DNA from: Octopus bimaculoides
Lineage: Eukaryota
DNA: 64,000 nucleotides
Direction: 5' to 3'
Assembly (NCBI RefSeq): GCF_001194135.2
Contig: NC_068989.1
Span: 95,469,254 to 95,533,253 of the forward strand
A program made the position numbers and the translations under genes. The stretch's first letter is position 1; the number at the start of each line of letters is the position of its first letter. Of the stretch, positions 1 to 13,989 are shown in pieces. The notes beneath the pieces were generated by a model. The model was not told where the DNA came from and ran no database searches. It saw nothing but the letters and a program-made list of their open reading frames with translations.

Positions 1-269
1 TTTAATTTGCTACATTAATATAGAAATTACCCTAATATGTCTTTAGTCTACCAGAATAGCCACAAATTAATTAAATCATACTTTTTTTCTATTATTTGCT
101 CCTGGAGAAAAGTTCAAAAGCATTTTAGGATATTAGCTTCTTTGAGGAGTGAATGCCTTTATGGGAAGGCCGTATCTTCATGGGGATAGAGCGATTAGTA
201 TGTTCCAAGATGTCTATCATAACTTTGGTTGTATTTTATAATGTATCAAAACAGTTTCTACAAAGTTCA

Positions 270-300
<31 letters not shown>

Positions 301-1520
301 GGGGGAAGAGAGAGAAAGAGAGAGAGATATTAATACATTAATACACTTCAGGTGATGAAAGACAGTCGCAACCTTGAAAGTCTATCCGAGATAATAAAAC
401 TGCAAAGAATGCTTTACTATCATATTTTGAAAAATATCCACAGAAATTCAAATAATACCATGAATTAGATAATCAAACCAGAAATTGAGGGAAACCAGTA
501 AATAGGAGATGGTAAGGAAATATCATTATTAGAGGCTTTATTTATTTATTTTACTGCATGTTCTCTGTTGTATTGTTGTTACAAGATTGAAATTTAGTTG
601 AAGCAAGAAAGTGGAAGTGAAAACAATAATTGTATACTGAATTGAAAAGGTTTAGAGGTACATGACAAAGGAATAAGGAAGTGAGAATATAAAGAGGCAA
701 GATGTAATTTAAAGAAGGAACAACGTGAGCCAATCTAAGGAATAGAAGAACTAGAAGCCAAACTGAAGACATTCGTATAATAGAAAATATATAGGTGGCT
801 TGACAGGAAAGAGATTTAAATCTATTCAGTCTATATAACATGCATGCATGTGTGTACGTGCACACACGCACGCACAGAGGCACAGAAAGAAGTTCACGGC
901 TGTAGAAATACTCTTCTGGAACATCACCTTTTGGAAAGAGGCCAAGGAATATTCCTGGCACCAATTAAAATTAAATACCTACAAATGTCTGCACTCAAAA
1001 CATTAACAAATAAAATAGTTAATAAAAAAAAATTGGGGTCTGGAAGTAGTTTCTTTGCATTAATATAAGATTCAATTAAAGAAAAAACTGAAAATAAATA
1101 TAATAAATACCCAACTCTCTAAACAATTTAAGATGAATACTGAACTGCCAACTCTATTGTTAAATATTGTATAATAATGAATCATACATATATGTAGAAT
1201 TACAAATAAATGAACTAACGAGAGGAAAGAAAGAAAGCATGAGTGTGTGAAACATGGATGTATATATGCTCTCTTGAAAAAAAAAAAATAAAAAAGCTTT
1301 CCATCTCAATACTGAAGATTGAATAAGTTGCAGAATTTCATATATTCTCCAGATTTGATTTCTGTATTTCTTTATTAAAATTCCCTCTCAATCAAATTTT
1401 GAAACTGACTTGCAGGATGAAAAAAGGGTTCCATGTCAAAAATGGAACAAATTCAATATCCTACAAATAATTGAGGAAATTTACTGACACACAGTTATTG
1501 CCTAAATGGTCCTGTCTAGA

Positions 1521-1555
<35 letters not shown>

Positions 1556-1989
1556 GTTAATCATCCAAAGCAAGCATTTTCAAATATCTTTAGTATGTAA
1601 TGGTAAGAATCAATATTTGTGACTCTTACAAATGTAGACACATAAGAAAAATTTAAACTTTCAAGAAGCAAGGTGCAAAGAAACCACTCTCATGACTGTC
1701 CACCCTTTCACTGCAAATAACAACTGCAAACACCGTTGTAATTATTAAAGTAGTCTTGTGATAAGATTTATCTTTTTCAGTTAAGTATGGGCATCTACTG
1801 CATTACAGAAACTCCGCTTCTTTTGTTTCCTCCACAACTACCCTTAGCCACCCCTATATAATGTGGGGTAGCCATGTATTTCCATTGTACAGCAAGACAC
1901 TCGTGCATGTCTCTATCATACTTTAGTCTTTCGACCCCCACCCCACCCGCACTAAATAGCAACGGCTTTTACTTCTCCTTTCCCCACCT

Positions 1990-2180
1990 TGCAAGTTGTT
2001 TGGTGACCTCACAAGCAGTGGTGGCATGAGGAAAGTGGCAGGAACACATTGGCATTAGGAAGGGCATCCAACCATAGAAACCAGGCTGAAGCTGACACAG
2101 GAACTCATTGGATCCTGTCAAACTGTCCATCCCATGCCAACATGGAAGATGGATGTTAAATGATGATGATGGTGATGGTG
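1990..2180 (+). mobile_element. RTE-type LINE/SINE 3' tail with (ATG)n terminus
   Basis: ggcattaggaagggcatcca...cccatgccaacatggaagatggatgttaaatgatgatgat, the same tail as on the RTE copies at 23700-23858 and 43870-43995. Confidence 0.7.
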
Positions 2181-2206
2181 ATGCACACACATATATACAT
2201 GTCTGT

Positions 2207-2253
<47 letters not shown>

Positions 2254-2876
2254 TTGGGGGGGGGGGAGATAACTTGTCAGAGTCATTGGTATTAAGCATT
2301 TTATTCAAATTCTCTTTGATCCATGCAAACATGAAAAAGTGGATATTTAATGATGATGATGATGATGATGACGTATATAATGAATGAGCTTGGCAGGTAG
2401 AGTTGGATACACAAACTGAGTTCTCTTGTAGAAGAAACTAGATTTTAATAACGTTGCATGGGGTGGGGGCAGAGAGAAAGAGGGGAGATAGAGAGAGAAG
2501 GTGAGAGAAGGAGAGAGAGAGAGAGACAGAGTAAAGGTATAATAGAAATTTCTTTCAACATAAGAAGTTCTGCTAAGAAACATTTTTCCAGGTTTTGTCA
2601 GAGACATACTTAAAAAAGAGATTCATGCATTCAATATTTGTTAGAAGAATCCTAACATGATAACAAGGCAGATAAAAAGAATCTGAGTTTTTTAAACTTA
2701 CACCCACAGAAAATTTCTTTGCAAATAAGATAATTGATTGAATTTGTAAATTAGAATTGATGGTAAAGATGTATTATGCCAGCAATGTAGAAAATTAAGA
2801 TTATCTCAAATATTTTATTCAGTAAATATTTATTTTACTTCAAAAGCAAACACCTTTGCTGTTTCTGGAATTCATT

Positions 2877-3098
2877 TTAACCCTTTTCATATCAAACCAT
2901 TGGAGACCATCTCTGATTGCAAGATACCAAATTCCTGTTTTAAACTTATCTTAAAATCTTTCAAAACTTTCACATTAATTTATGTTCCAAACACTAACTT
3001 AATAATAACCAAGTTATTTCACTGAAATCCTCAGAATTTAAAAAAATCAATTGAAACAAAAGACTGTTTCATAAGAAATATTGTAACAAAAGGGTTAA
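2877..3098. mobile_element. piggyBac-type non-autonomous MITE (~214 bp) flanked by TTAA
   Basis: TTAA|CCCTTTT at 2877-2887 and AAAAGGG|TTAA at 3088-3098; internal sequence homologous to copies at ~20033 and ~40505. Confidence 0.75.
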
Positions 3099-6000
3099 GG
3101 TGGGAATTTGTGGCATTATAAAATATGCCTTAACTCGTAAACCTAACCAGTTATATTGGTTAGGATTAGCTTCAGTATAAGACTAGTAATTTTTTCAAAC
3201 AATGAGAGAGTCTCAGCATTGTTACCTGACCTGCTAGAAATAGCAATCAGATCTTCCTCAAATCACACCCTACAATCTTAAAAAGAGAAGGGTACATAAT
3301 GTGGTCCTAGATACACATATCTGAACACAGGATTCCAAAGTCATTAACCATAAGTCTGCTTGATCAAGGCTGACCTACGGTTAAATAGTAACTGGTAATT
3401 ATTTCATTGATTTCAAAGTTGGTTCACACGAAGTTTGAACTCAGGTCACAGGGAGAGAGAAATAAATACTAATCATCATCATTTAATGTCAACTTTTCTG
3501 TGCTTGCATGGATCAGACAGAATTTGGTGAAGTTGATTCTCTCTAGCTGGATGCTCTTCCTGTCACCAACCCTTGCCTGTTTCAAAGCAGGGGAACATTT
3601 CTCCATGGACAGACATGTTATTCATGGAAAACTGGAAACAAACAACATCACTTGGATGATGGTGATGCCTGTTTGTAATCACTATGTGATGCCAAGACAA
3701 TGATGCACACACACACATTTGATGATCTTCCTCAGTTTCCCTTTACCAATTCTTCCCATAAGGCATTGGGCACCATGAGGCTTTAGTAGAAGACACTAGC
3801 CGAAGAAGAAATCTAATAGTGAAACTACTACTACTGGTACCGCTACATCACTACCAACCCACCATCAATATGACTACTGCTGCTGCTGCTGCTGATTATT
3901 ATTATTATTTAATTAACCATGTAAGTAAATTAATGAGAAAATATTGCAATGAAATTAAATAAATGTGATATTTATACACTTAACGAACTGATGATTAGCA
4001 GTAAATGAAATACTGTAAATTTTTCCCAGCCACTACATTTCTAATGCTACATAAAATATTTTGCAAAACAAAGAAAATGTTGAGGAAATCTGCATCAAAG
4101 ATGTTCCTAGATATATTTATAAATACAAGACTGGCAGCTGGTTTCGCTGAAGGAATGGCCACCAAAATGATGTGTAACCTAATGCAATGACAATAGTTTT
4201 TGATAATGCAGTGTTGCTAATAATAATGCTGTGCGATTAATGCAGCATTTGCACACACAATAATGCTGTTTTCAAAAGCATTATGTGATAGTGCAGGATA
4301 ACCAATTTCTCATATAGTTTATGATAATGATGTTGACGATGATGCTTACTACAGATGTGGTGACATTTGTGTCTACACAAAGAAAATGGGGAAATAAAAG
4401 AAGAAAAAAGAAGAGGCAAAAAGCTAGTTTCAAAACTGTATGATCTGCCCACCTCCACCTACCACTTGATTCAAAACACCATTAAAATATCTTTACAGAC
4501 AACACTTAAGAGATGTTCACTCTTACAACCGAACATGCAAAAAACTAAAAACAAAATCAATAATTTTACAAAAGTTCTTTGACATCAATTATAAAAAAAA
4601 AAACCCCAAAGAAATAACAAAAGATTAAAAAAGTACAACCAAGCTCTCCTCCCGACTAAAAACTGAATACATTGGGAAGTCTTTATAGAAGAATGGCAAA
4701 TTTATCACGCATGTTGCATTTCATGATCTGTGAGATTGCATGTTACCAGATGGAGTTGTGAATTGAAAGTATTGCTATATACTTTAGCACAACTAATTTT
4801 AAAGTAACATCTAGATATTTACTTAACAGCATTTACAATTCTATATTTTCAGATACAGAATTTTTACCATTTAATTTTTTTATTATTTAAAAAATAAAAT
4901 AAAATTTCATTAAAAAATTTAAAAAGGAGCACTAAACAAAATCAAACTTGGTTTGTGGCATTCTGCATATCATTTCTTTTAATTTAACAGCTGGATGCTT
5001 AAATTTAATTTTTATGCAAGCTATTTATAGCAATTATATTAGATTTGTGCTTAATATGCTGCACTGACAAACTTTAAAAAAAATATATACTTACAGTTCG
5101 AATAATTTGAAAGAGTTTATAGAAACAAATTCAGTGAATGTCATCAGAATTATTGAAATGTAGAGCATGAATAGATAAAGTCTCATGCTATGCTCCTGCC
5201 TTTGTTCTGTTCTTTGAAGTGAGATGTATCTTATGTGCGTCAGTGAAGCCAGCTAATAACAATGAGAATCACTTCCACTGAGAGTTGAATAATGGTTGGC
5301 CGGACAAACATTGCAGCACATTGAAAGGGAAGGGGAAAAAAACTTCTTTACAGTCATTAACTGATTCCATTGGAGTGCAGCTATGCTGAGGCATTGCCTA
5401 CAGAGCTTCAGTCAAATATATCGACCACTGTATTTAGTTCTGGCCTTCATTTTATCAGTCTCTGTTTACTGAATGGCTAAGTTCACCCAATGATCTATGT
5501 CCTATAGGCAGGTTCCTTTCCTTAAAAAGTAAAAGCCACAATGAATTTATACACACACACACACACACACACGACAAGATTCTATAGTTTCCATCTACCA
5601 AAACTTGCAAACAACACATTGGCCTACCTGCAAGAAATATTTTAACCAGGCAGCCATCTCTGTTTTCTAAATGTAAAACATTTTCTGAACCAATCCCTAG
5701 AAATATCTTTAAATGAAGGAAACCATCCAAAATATATTAACTCCAGAAAATAAGTTGTTGTTTCACCCCAGTTCAGTCTTGACCCAGAACCTATAACCCA
5801 ACCACAGCCGACAACCCTTATGCATACGGTTAGTGTCATTTCTTTAAAATAGTAAGGAGGCTCCCTCGTTGCCTGGAAAGAAGAGTAAAACGTATGAAGA
5901 GGCCTCAACACACAGGCATATATAAAGACTTATGTGTGTATGCAGATGAGACCAAACTTTGGTTGTTTCCAAAGTTATTCACTGAGAAGTATTCTGAGCT

Positions 6001-8329
6001 TATTTTAATTTTATTGATTTCCATTTTGATAGTATTCAAAGTTTATTTTAATGCTGCAAAAACTTCAGCCAAAAGCTAAAACACAACTAACACATTTTTC
6101 TGAAAAATTGAAATACAACTTAAGACTTTCTTCTCTGGAGATATCTGAGAGGAAATATGGCTGACTAGAAAACTTTATTCTTCATTGCAAAGAATACAGA
6201 AAACATCCATTTTTTTTTTAAGAAAAAGAAAGCAGCAAAAATGCATAGTTTATTTGGGACATTGTGAAGAGAAGATAAATAGAGCAAAAGGACCTAAGTA
6301 TATGCAGTTGATTATTTATTCATTTGTGTGGGGGAAAAAGGGAGATTTGCATCAATTATTGATTTCTTACATAAGGATCAGGCCTCACATTTTTAAAGGA
6401 GGGGAAATGATATCAAGGGATGTTCATATTCTTGAATGGTATTAGTCTAGCCATATCAATGAAAGAGGAAATGTTACAATCAAGTAATCTGTGCCAAGTG
6501 ACATAGTAACTGTGTCAGGGAACTTTCTTCCATTTTAATAGCAACTGATTCAGAACAGTTTCTAACCACAAATGAATTGTAGAAATGTAAATTAAAATAA
6601 TGAAGGAAGGTTTGGAGTCAAAGAGTCTTTGAGGTAATTTGGCAAAGACCAAAAGTCGTAGTAAGTTGGAAAACAAATAAATCATAAATCCCTTCAGATG
6701 GCCCTGCTTGATAAGCAGAAAAGGTGTAGGTAGAAACTCCATTAAGTTGTACCCAGTACAAGCTATGAACACACAAGAGGTGCAATAGTATCTGAGGAAG
6801 GTTAATAGAGAAAGTAGATCTATCATTAAAAGCATTTCACCTACGACCATCCTGTCTCTTCATATAACTAGGGCTATCTCAACCAACAAATAATTTTTCT
6901 TTATAGTTGAGTGTAATTTGATGGACATTCACTCCTATTTCTAACATGTTAAAAACCTGCAGAGAAGAGGTTCCCCTTTTGGTTTGGCACCATGCACGGT
7001 GACAGAAATAGATTTCTTTGTTGTATGATTGAAAGGACAGAAAGAAGAAAGGCATCTTACTATAGAAACCTACTCACAAAATAAATAATGGATTATTTTA
7101 AACATAGAACTGAACTATACAAATCTGAAAAATTATTTTTAATAAATAAAAATATCAATTTATGAATTAAACCCTAACCCTGAACAGTGAAATTTTGCAC
7201 AATTCACAACCGTAACTGTTTGGATTCCCACAAATTTTGCAACAGACAACTGAAGTTGTGCTTCAAATGCTGTCTGTCGATCTTTTATTAGTAGAGCTGG
7301 CCAGGTTTGACATAATTATGCCAACGTCGCATTTTCAGAATCACATTGATTGGCATAAAGAAACATCATTCTATCATGTCCAACATTATTTGGAACTAAT
7401 TTTGTCTATTTATAGATTTATTGAAATATTGAATATCAGCAATATAGTGACAAAAAAAGTAACTGAATAATACTATTTGTAACAGCGTTCTCTCTCTCTC
7501 TCAACTGAAACAGAGAGAGGAGGAAAGAAAGAAAGAAAGAGAGACTAAGGAGGAGAGTAGGAGTCCTTTTGCAGAAGTCCATGACCATTGAGGCTTGGAG
7601 TCACATCTGAAATGATTGACATGATGCAGATGCAAAATGTGATATTACACTACTCAGCTATTCTTCCAAAGATTCTCACAGAAAAACATTTTACATCAGA
7701 ATATAATAACAGACAGGTATTTATGTATGTGAAGAATTTGGTTTCCAAATGTACTTTATTGTGAGCTGTTGTGCAAAGTTCTCAGAACTGCAAAAAAGTT
7801 ATATCAAATTCATCTCTACACAATATATAATTCTTGCCAAGTGAAAAAAAAAGGATCAATTGCAGAATTTAGCATTTGTTTTGCGTATTTTAAAGGAACA
7901 TTTGGCATTTTGAAATTAAATCAAGACAATAATGTTGATTTAGAGCTCTCAAGAAAATCTAATTTCTAATCAATAGATAAGGCATAAATTAACTTTTATG
8001 GTCTCATATAAATCTAGAACTAGAGTTGGAATTCTCACTTGTTTGTTAGAATACAATTGTAGAAGGCATTCATTTCTTTCTTAATTGTATCATACCAACT
8101 TATTATGCTCAATGAATTCGTTTGGCATATTAGTTTCTTCAGTCACAATGCAATACAAAATAGGTTCCAAAAAGTTATTTGTAGGTAAGCAAATTCAATT
8201 TCTTCAAATACAATAGCGCTTGTCTTTGGAAACTGACAATTTGATAATACCTTCATCAAGGAACAGCTTCTTAAGATTTCATTTTTATATGAGAAGTTTC
8301 ATGTATTGTTTACTCCATTCATCACCACC

Positions 8330-8665
8330 ACTCATCGTCATCATCATCTTTATCATCAACATTTAATGTCTGTCTTCAATATTGGCATGGGTTGGACAGT
8401 TTGACAGAAGCTGACCAGCCAGAGAGTTGCACTAGGCTCCAATTGTCTGCTTAGGCATGATTTCTACAGCTGAATATGAATAAATTCATATTCATATACA
8501 TATACAAAAGAGAGGCTTTTTTCAGTTTCCATTGACCAAATCCACTCACAAGGCTTTGGTCAGCCCAAAACCATAGTAGAAGACTCTTGCCCAAGGTACT
8601 ATGTGGTGAGATTGAACTCAGAACCATCTGGTTGAGAAGCAAACTTCTTACCATATAGCCATGAC
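8330..8665 (-). mobile_element. RTE tail fragment plus tRNA-derived SINE (antisense)
   Basis: Reverse complement of the RTE tail (8330-8470), then reverse complement of the SINE head/core (ttcagtttcc...caaatccactcacaaggctttggtc...cttgcccaagg...gaactcagaacc). Confidence 0.65.
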
Positions 8666-8811
8666 TGTTCTTGCCCCACTTCTCATTTTCATGTATTTAT
8701 GTATTTACCAAAATGTCTTGTAAATTCTTTTGCTACATGTTTTGTGCTTATAAATGATGGCAAATATATGGAATAATTATTGTTATTATAATAATTATTA
8801 TTATTATTATT

Positions 8812-9240
8812 ATTTACTTTTAATCTGCATGTTTGTTACAATCACCTGCCAAGACACATCCAGCATCCTAGGGCAAGTGAAGGATAAGAGATGTTACAGT
8901 ATGACTGAAAGCTAGGGGAGGGGAAGTAGCAGGGGCAGTAGAGAAATATCTCCATGTAATACAACACAGACATTCAAATGGATAGGGTTTTTCTAAGGAT
9001 ATGGGCAGTACTTGTCAGTACAATCTTTTGGATTTCTCTGAGACATGGTTCTCCTGGGATCTTACATAAATGTTTCTGACATCTCTTTTTTTTCATCATA
9101 CCTAGGGCACCTACAATAACAGAAACAGTTCTCACTTTAAGATGCCACATCTTTTGTATTTCAATTTCCAGGTCCTTCTTTTTACTTAATTTGTCAAATT
9201 CCTTTACAGATATATTTTTATCAGTGGGAACACTGACATC

Positions 9241-9242
<2 letters not shown>
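8812..9242 (-). mobile_element. 5'-truncated R4/Dong-clade non-LTR retrotransposon (RLE endonuclease C-terminus plus 3' UTR) embedded in a (TAA)n microsatellite
   Basis: ORF 8974-9330 contains IDVSVPTDKNISVKEFDKLSK.KDLEIEIQKMWHLK...VIVGALG...EIQKIVLTSTAHILRKTLS, typical of restriction-like endonuclease LINEs; (TTA)n on both flanks. Confidence 0.85.
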
Positions 9243-9273
<31 letters not shown>

Positions 9274-11209
9274 GAAAACCTTATAAGTTATTTTAGTAAG
9301 TGAATCCATGTGTTTATATTTGTTAAACAATACAGTTGTTCTAGTAAGTGGATTATGATTTTTAGCGTTGCTATAGATACAAATCTACTTATGAAGCTAC
9401 AGACTAGAAAAATGAATTGATATTTATGAGCAAAATGAAAATTCAATCCAGTTTATTTTTACAGAGAAAGTAGCAGTGATCAATTTTAATGAGATAAAAC
9501 AAAATGCAATAATTTTTTTTAAATCACCAAGAGAAAGAATGCTTGTCATGATATCCAAATAAAGATAAAAAGACTTAGATGAAATGATACGGGAAGTAGA
9601 AGACAACAGTTTCAACAATGCATTATTGCATAAAAAATGCATCCTCTAGAGAGTAGGCAAGATGTTAAAAGTAAAACTAAAAGACAAGAAAACAATGTTT
9701 TAGCACTTAACACTTAGATGGTTTTAAAGAGGACTGGTTCTAAATAAAATTTGAAACTGAAGTAAAAATAAAATGTCAAAACAAAAAAATAAACATAATA
9801 ATAATAACAAGAACAGAATACATTAAGCAATGCAAGAAACAAGCATTTTAAACTGAAGTTTGCATGCTTACATGTAAAATAGTCGTCATTATAGCAACAC
9901 TCCATTAATAGACTTTAATTTCAACTTCAAGAGATAAAGTGGTTGACTATGAATAAAACAGCAATATTTTTTCAGATTTGACATAAGGTGTTTAGTGAAC
10001 ACCTGATAGATTAACATTTAATCAGACACTGGTTTTTTAAAAAAAGATCTATAATAATAAATAGTACAGAAACGAATATTTAAGGCTATATTGCCTGGTT
10101 TGATATTTTAAATTGCTATAGTTTTCTTTAAACTAGATTCTAAGAACTGATCGTTCTTTAAAATCAATCAAAACGAATTTAAGTTTCAAATAATTTTGAC
10201 ATTCAGAAAAGTTTTATGGCCTGTTCTTTCTTTCTATCGTACAATAAATAGGTAGAAATGGCTTGAAACCTTTGAATGTAAAACAGAAAAAGAAAAAAAG
10301 TAAAAACAAAAATGTAATAGAATTGAAACAGCATGCTATAAATTTATCCATCTCTCAAATGAATGACATTTGTTTTATGAATGTAGTCAAAGATTCCAAT
10401 GATGAAAGGGGACACCATTATGAAAGATGAAAAGAGAACTCCATATTAGTATGGATTTAGATTTTGTTTCCAAAAAAATAACTGAAATTCAATATCCTCA
10501 AAACTGTTGCTTCTGAATGTTTTGCTGATGATAATATGCTAAGAGTATATTGCTTGTAGCAAAGATCAACAGTAAAAGTTAGTTCTTATATGAACACAGT
10601 GTGAATCTCGAAGTAGTGATAACACAAAGAGGAGTGCTGGTGCATTTGCCACCATCAAAAAATAACATTTGCATTCTGCTGTTGTAAAAAACATTACCAG
10701 ATTTGTAGGAAGCCACTAGGAGATATAGTGAATATTCTCCTAGATGATGGCATAATGGATATGGTTGTCAGCCAAAAAATATAAAATAAGGGATTAACAG
10801 AGAGGTGAAGGTTGGGTTATCAGAACAGTTATATTCCGAAATGAAAAAAAAATGGAAATTATTAAGAAAGAGAAGAAATAGAGTTGAAGAGATTAGCAGT
10901 TTCTAGGAGACACTTCAGTCGATGGAGATGCATTGTAACAAAAAGACTAGTTTAGAAATAACCAATAAGCAGCATAATTAAACCAGGAGATTTTCATACA
11001 ACACTATTTAAAAAGGCTTACATTTTCATAGGCCTAGAAACCATTAACGTGTAATGAAGAAATAGATTTGAATACTGGTAGCAATTGAGAAAAGTCATAA
11101 ATACATGCAATAGTCAAAATAATTTCTATAGGAGACGTCTAAGCAGAAAACTAGATGACTCTATTTTAATAATGACTCTGTTATTATTTACTGTTGGTGC
11201 TGTTATTGC

Positions 11210-11431
11210 AAGGAGTGGATTGGTAGAATCATTAGAGTTTCAGAACAAATGACACTAGAGGTGGTTATTCCAGCTCAGTACATTCTAAGATCAAATCCTA
11301 ACAAGGTCAACTTTGCTTTCATTCTTTTGGAGTTGATAAAATGAAGTTTTGTGGTCGATGGAATGAACTAGACAACTCTTCTTTTAAAAATGGTTGTCAC
11401 TGTGCCTAAATCATCATCATCATCATCATCA

Positions 11432-11501
<70 letters not shown>

Positions 11502-11690
11502 CATTAATGTTGCCAGGTGGCAGAACTGTTAGCACATTGGTCAAGATGTTTAACAGTAGTTTTCCTGGCTCTTTACTTCCTCAGTTTTAATACTGCCAAG
11601 GTCAACTTTGCTTTTTGTCCTTTCAGGGTCAATGAAATAAAGTACCAATCATGTACTGAGGTTGCTGTAATCAACCTGCTCAATGCACCT
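11210..11690 (+). mobile_element. Two degenerate tRNA-derived SINE copies separated by a (TCA)n(TTA)n microsatellite
   Basis: ggtggcagaactgttagcac...aaggtcaactttgctttt..cctttcagggtcaatgaaataaagtacca motif at ~11215-11370 and 11511-11690. Confidence 0.6.
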
Positions 11691-11699
11691 CAAAACTGT

Positions 11700-11960
11700 T
11701 GGTCTTGTGCCACAAACTTTCTTTAGAAGCTCTACAGGACATTCCATTCCAATCTCTTTTATCCATTTATCTTATTTCATTACTCACAGCCCCTAATGCA
11801 CCAATTATTACAGGTAAAATCTTTACAGATTTCATATTCCAAATACTCCAATCTCAAATTTTAAGGGGATGTCATTTTTTCAACTTTTCATCTGCTTTCA
11901 ATCCTAATATCAAATGGACATGAAGGATCAATATGCAAATGCAATTGGCAAGAGAACAGC
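11700..11960 (-). mobile_element. Degenerate R4/Dong RLE-domain remnant
   Basis: Minus-strand frames give KADEKLKK..PLKFEI...WNMKSVKILPVIIGALGAVS, interrupted by stops and frameshifts. Confidence 0.55.
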
Positions 11961-13989
11961 AGCAGGAGATTTAAGGGCCTCACTCGCAGCAAATACAATA
12001 AGAGACTGGAGAAAGCAAGGATAACAGTTACAGATGGAGACGGGTGAATGTAATCTTTGTTGCCTAGCCTCACATTTGCCAGAATTTTAGGATGAGTTAT
12101 AAAAACTACATTATAAACATGAAGAATGTTGGAAAATGCATTTCTACAAAATTGATAATTAATTACTCCAAGACATTACAAGAAGTACAATTTAATTTTC
12201 AAGAAAAGAAGGTCGATGTTGGGAGGTTTGTGAAAAAGAAGGGTTTATCAATGCATACAAAAACATTTATTGCTTAGAAAATACCAACAATTTTAAGAAG
12301 GAAAAATATTAGAATTTATAAAATGTATGGTTAATGTATGAAAAGAAACTTGGTTTGAACTGGGTGAAATGAATTAAATAGAAAGTGTTTGAAATTAAGA
12401 CTTTTATGATGTTTTCCTACACTATTCATGGACTGAATTTTATTTCCACTGCAGATAACTGTTCTTGTCTCATTGCCTGATTCTCTGTTTGGTTAATGTG
12501 TTGCTATAAAATGTTTTCTGTTATAACTAAGCTGTTTCTGTTTATGTTTTTCATATAAGGTTATATTAGTGTTCTTATTAGAAAGATTTCTTTTTTCTTG
12601 CTGCTCTAGTTGCATGTTTTAGTCCATATTTTATTTCTTTTTCTGCCAAACTAAAGCATTTCAATAAACATTAAATACTTGAATACACTAAAAATTCTTT
12701 TTAATATCATTCTCTGCTGGAAAAACAGGAGGGGGAGGTCTTCCATGCCTGTGAGACTTATACGACATCCAATGTTGTAAGTAGTTTATTTCACTCAGTC
12801 ACTGTGTCACACAATACACTAATGACTATAATCAATATAATTGCCCTGATGAACTTATCTTAAAATGTTTTATCAGAAAACAACAGGCGGCAAAGAACAT
12901 GCAAAATCTCATATCAAATTAATAATTCACAAGAAAACAAAGTGCCGACAGAAATCAACTGACAAAGTAAAAATTAAAAGAAAAATTCTCTTTAAGCAAA
13001 TTGTTCACAGGACCACAGTTGGTTGAACAATACTGTGCAAGTTGTGTGGCTGTCTGCATGCATACATCTCTATCTATCAATATACATCAACACACACAGA
13101 TACATAGAGATATATAAATTCATAAAAATGTTGTTATGTGTAATAATGGTTGAATGTGTAACCGTTTCTTTAAAAACTAAAGAGATTAAGAGAAAATCTA
13201 AAAGACTGGCAGGTTGATTTAATTTCAATGCTAAATACCAAATTGCTTGACGATGTCAAGAAGAAGAGATCAGAATGTGTATCACAGCTTCCCTTTAAAT
13301 GTGTATCTGAGCATGAAGAAAAGAGAATCCAGGAGAAGAAAATCCTTACATTCTGTTAAGCAAATAACTCCATGGTGTTCTTTCCATTGACTACAAACAA
13401 TACAGAGTTAATTAAAAAAATTGAGAGAGACTACAATCTCTCTCTCAGAACCTGTCTCAATTTAACCCAAACATTTAATTAAAATTATGCTTAACCAATG
13501 ACAAAACCCCTCTATTTCGCTGCAACCAAATTTCCTTCACATCATACTTTATTATTTTTGAAAATACACTAGATGCATTATACCTATGAAAAGAAAGGGG
13601 TGGCTTTTCATCCAAAAACTTATTTGATCAAAGTTGACCCATGGTTAAACAACAACAATCAAGCCTCTTTAGGATTATCCAAATTATTCTCATACAATTT
13701 TGAAAAGTTCCAAAATATATATATCTTTTTACATTCTCCGATTAGTAGATTAGTATCAATTTCAAAGAAGGGAAAAAAGAAAAACAGTCACAACTGTTGC
13801 ATAAATTTTATAAGTTCAATGCTTACTCCCATTATTAATTATCAAAAAATGCAAATGCTTCATAGCGTCAAAGAGCGTATATGATTGATTGAATGGTCCC
13901 AATATTTCAAGAATGATAAAACAGATTACTGATACATCCATTAATATGTGTCTAGGGATTGATTAAAAGAGAAAGAAAGAAGACTCTCA

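Noticed and set aside
551-964. 137-aa minus ORF (MVPGIFLGLFPKGDVPEEYFYSRELL...)
   Set aside because: Runs through a (CA/TG) repeat and T-rich intron-like DNA; no recognisable family or splice support in this frame.
5095-5186. MRLYLF... as a misplaced RXYLT1 first exon
   Set aside because: It lies downstream of the internal exon on the same strand, and similarity to the human N-terminus is limited to MRL plus hydrophobicity.
7165-7185. Telomere-like accctaaccct
   Set aside because: Fewer than two full units; insufficient for an interstitial telomeric repeat.
12690-13390. Short minus-strand exon-like pieces (QWKEHHGVICLTE; EINYLQHWMSYKSHRHGRPPPPVFPAENDIKKNF)
   Set aside because: They do not match the expected next RXYLT1 exon (YR.FP...), and the second has an in-frame stop at its putative acceptor.
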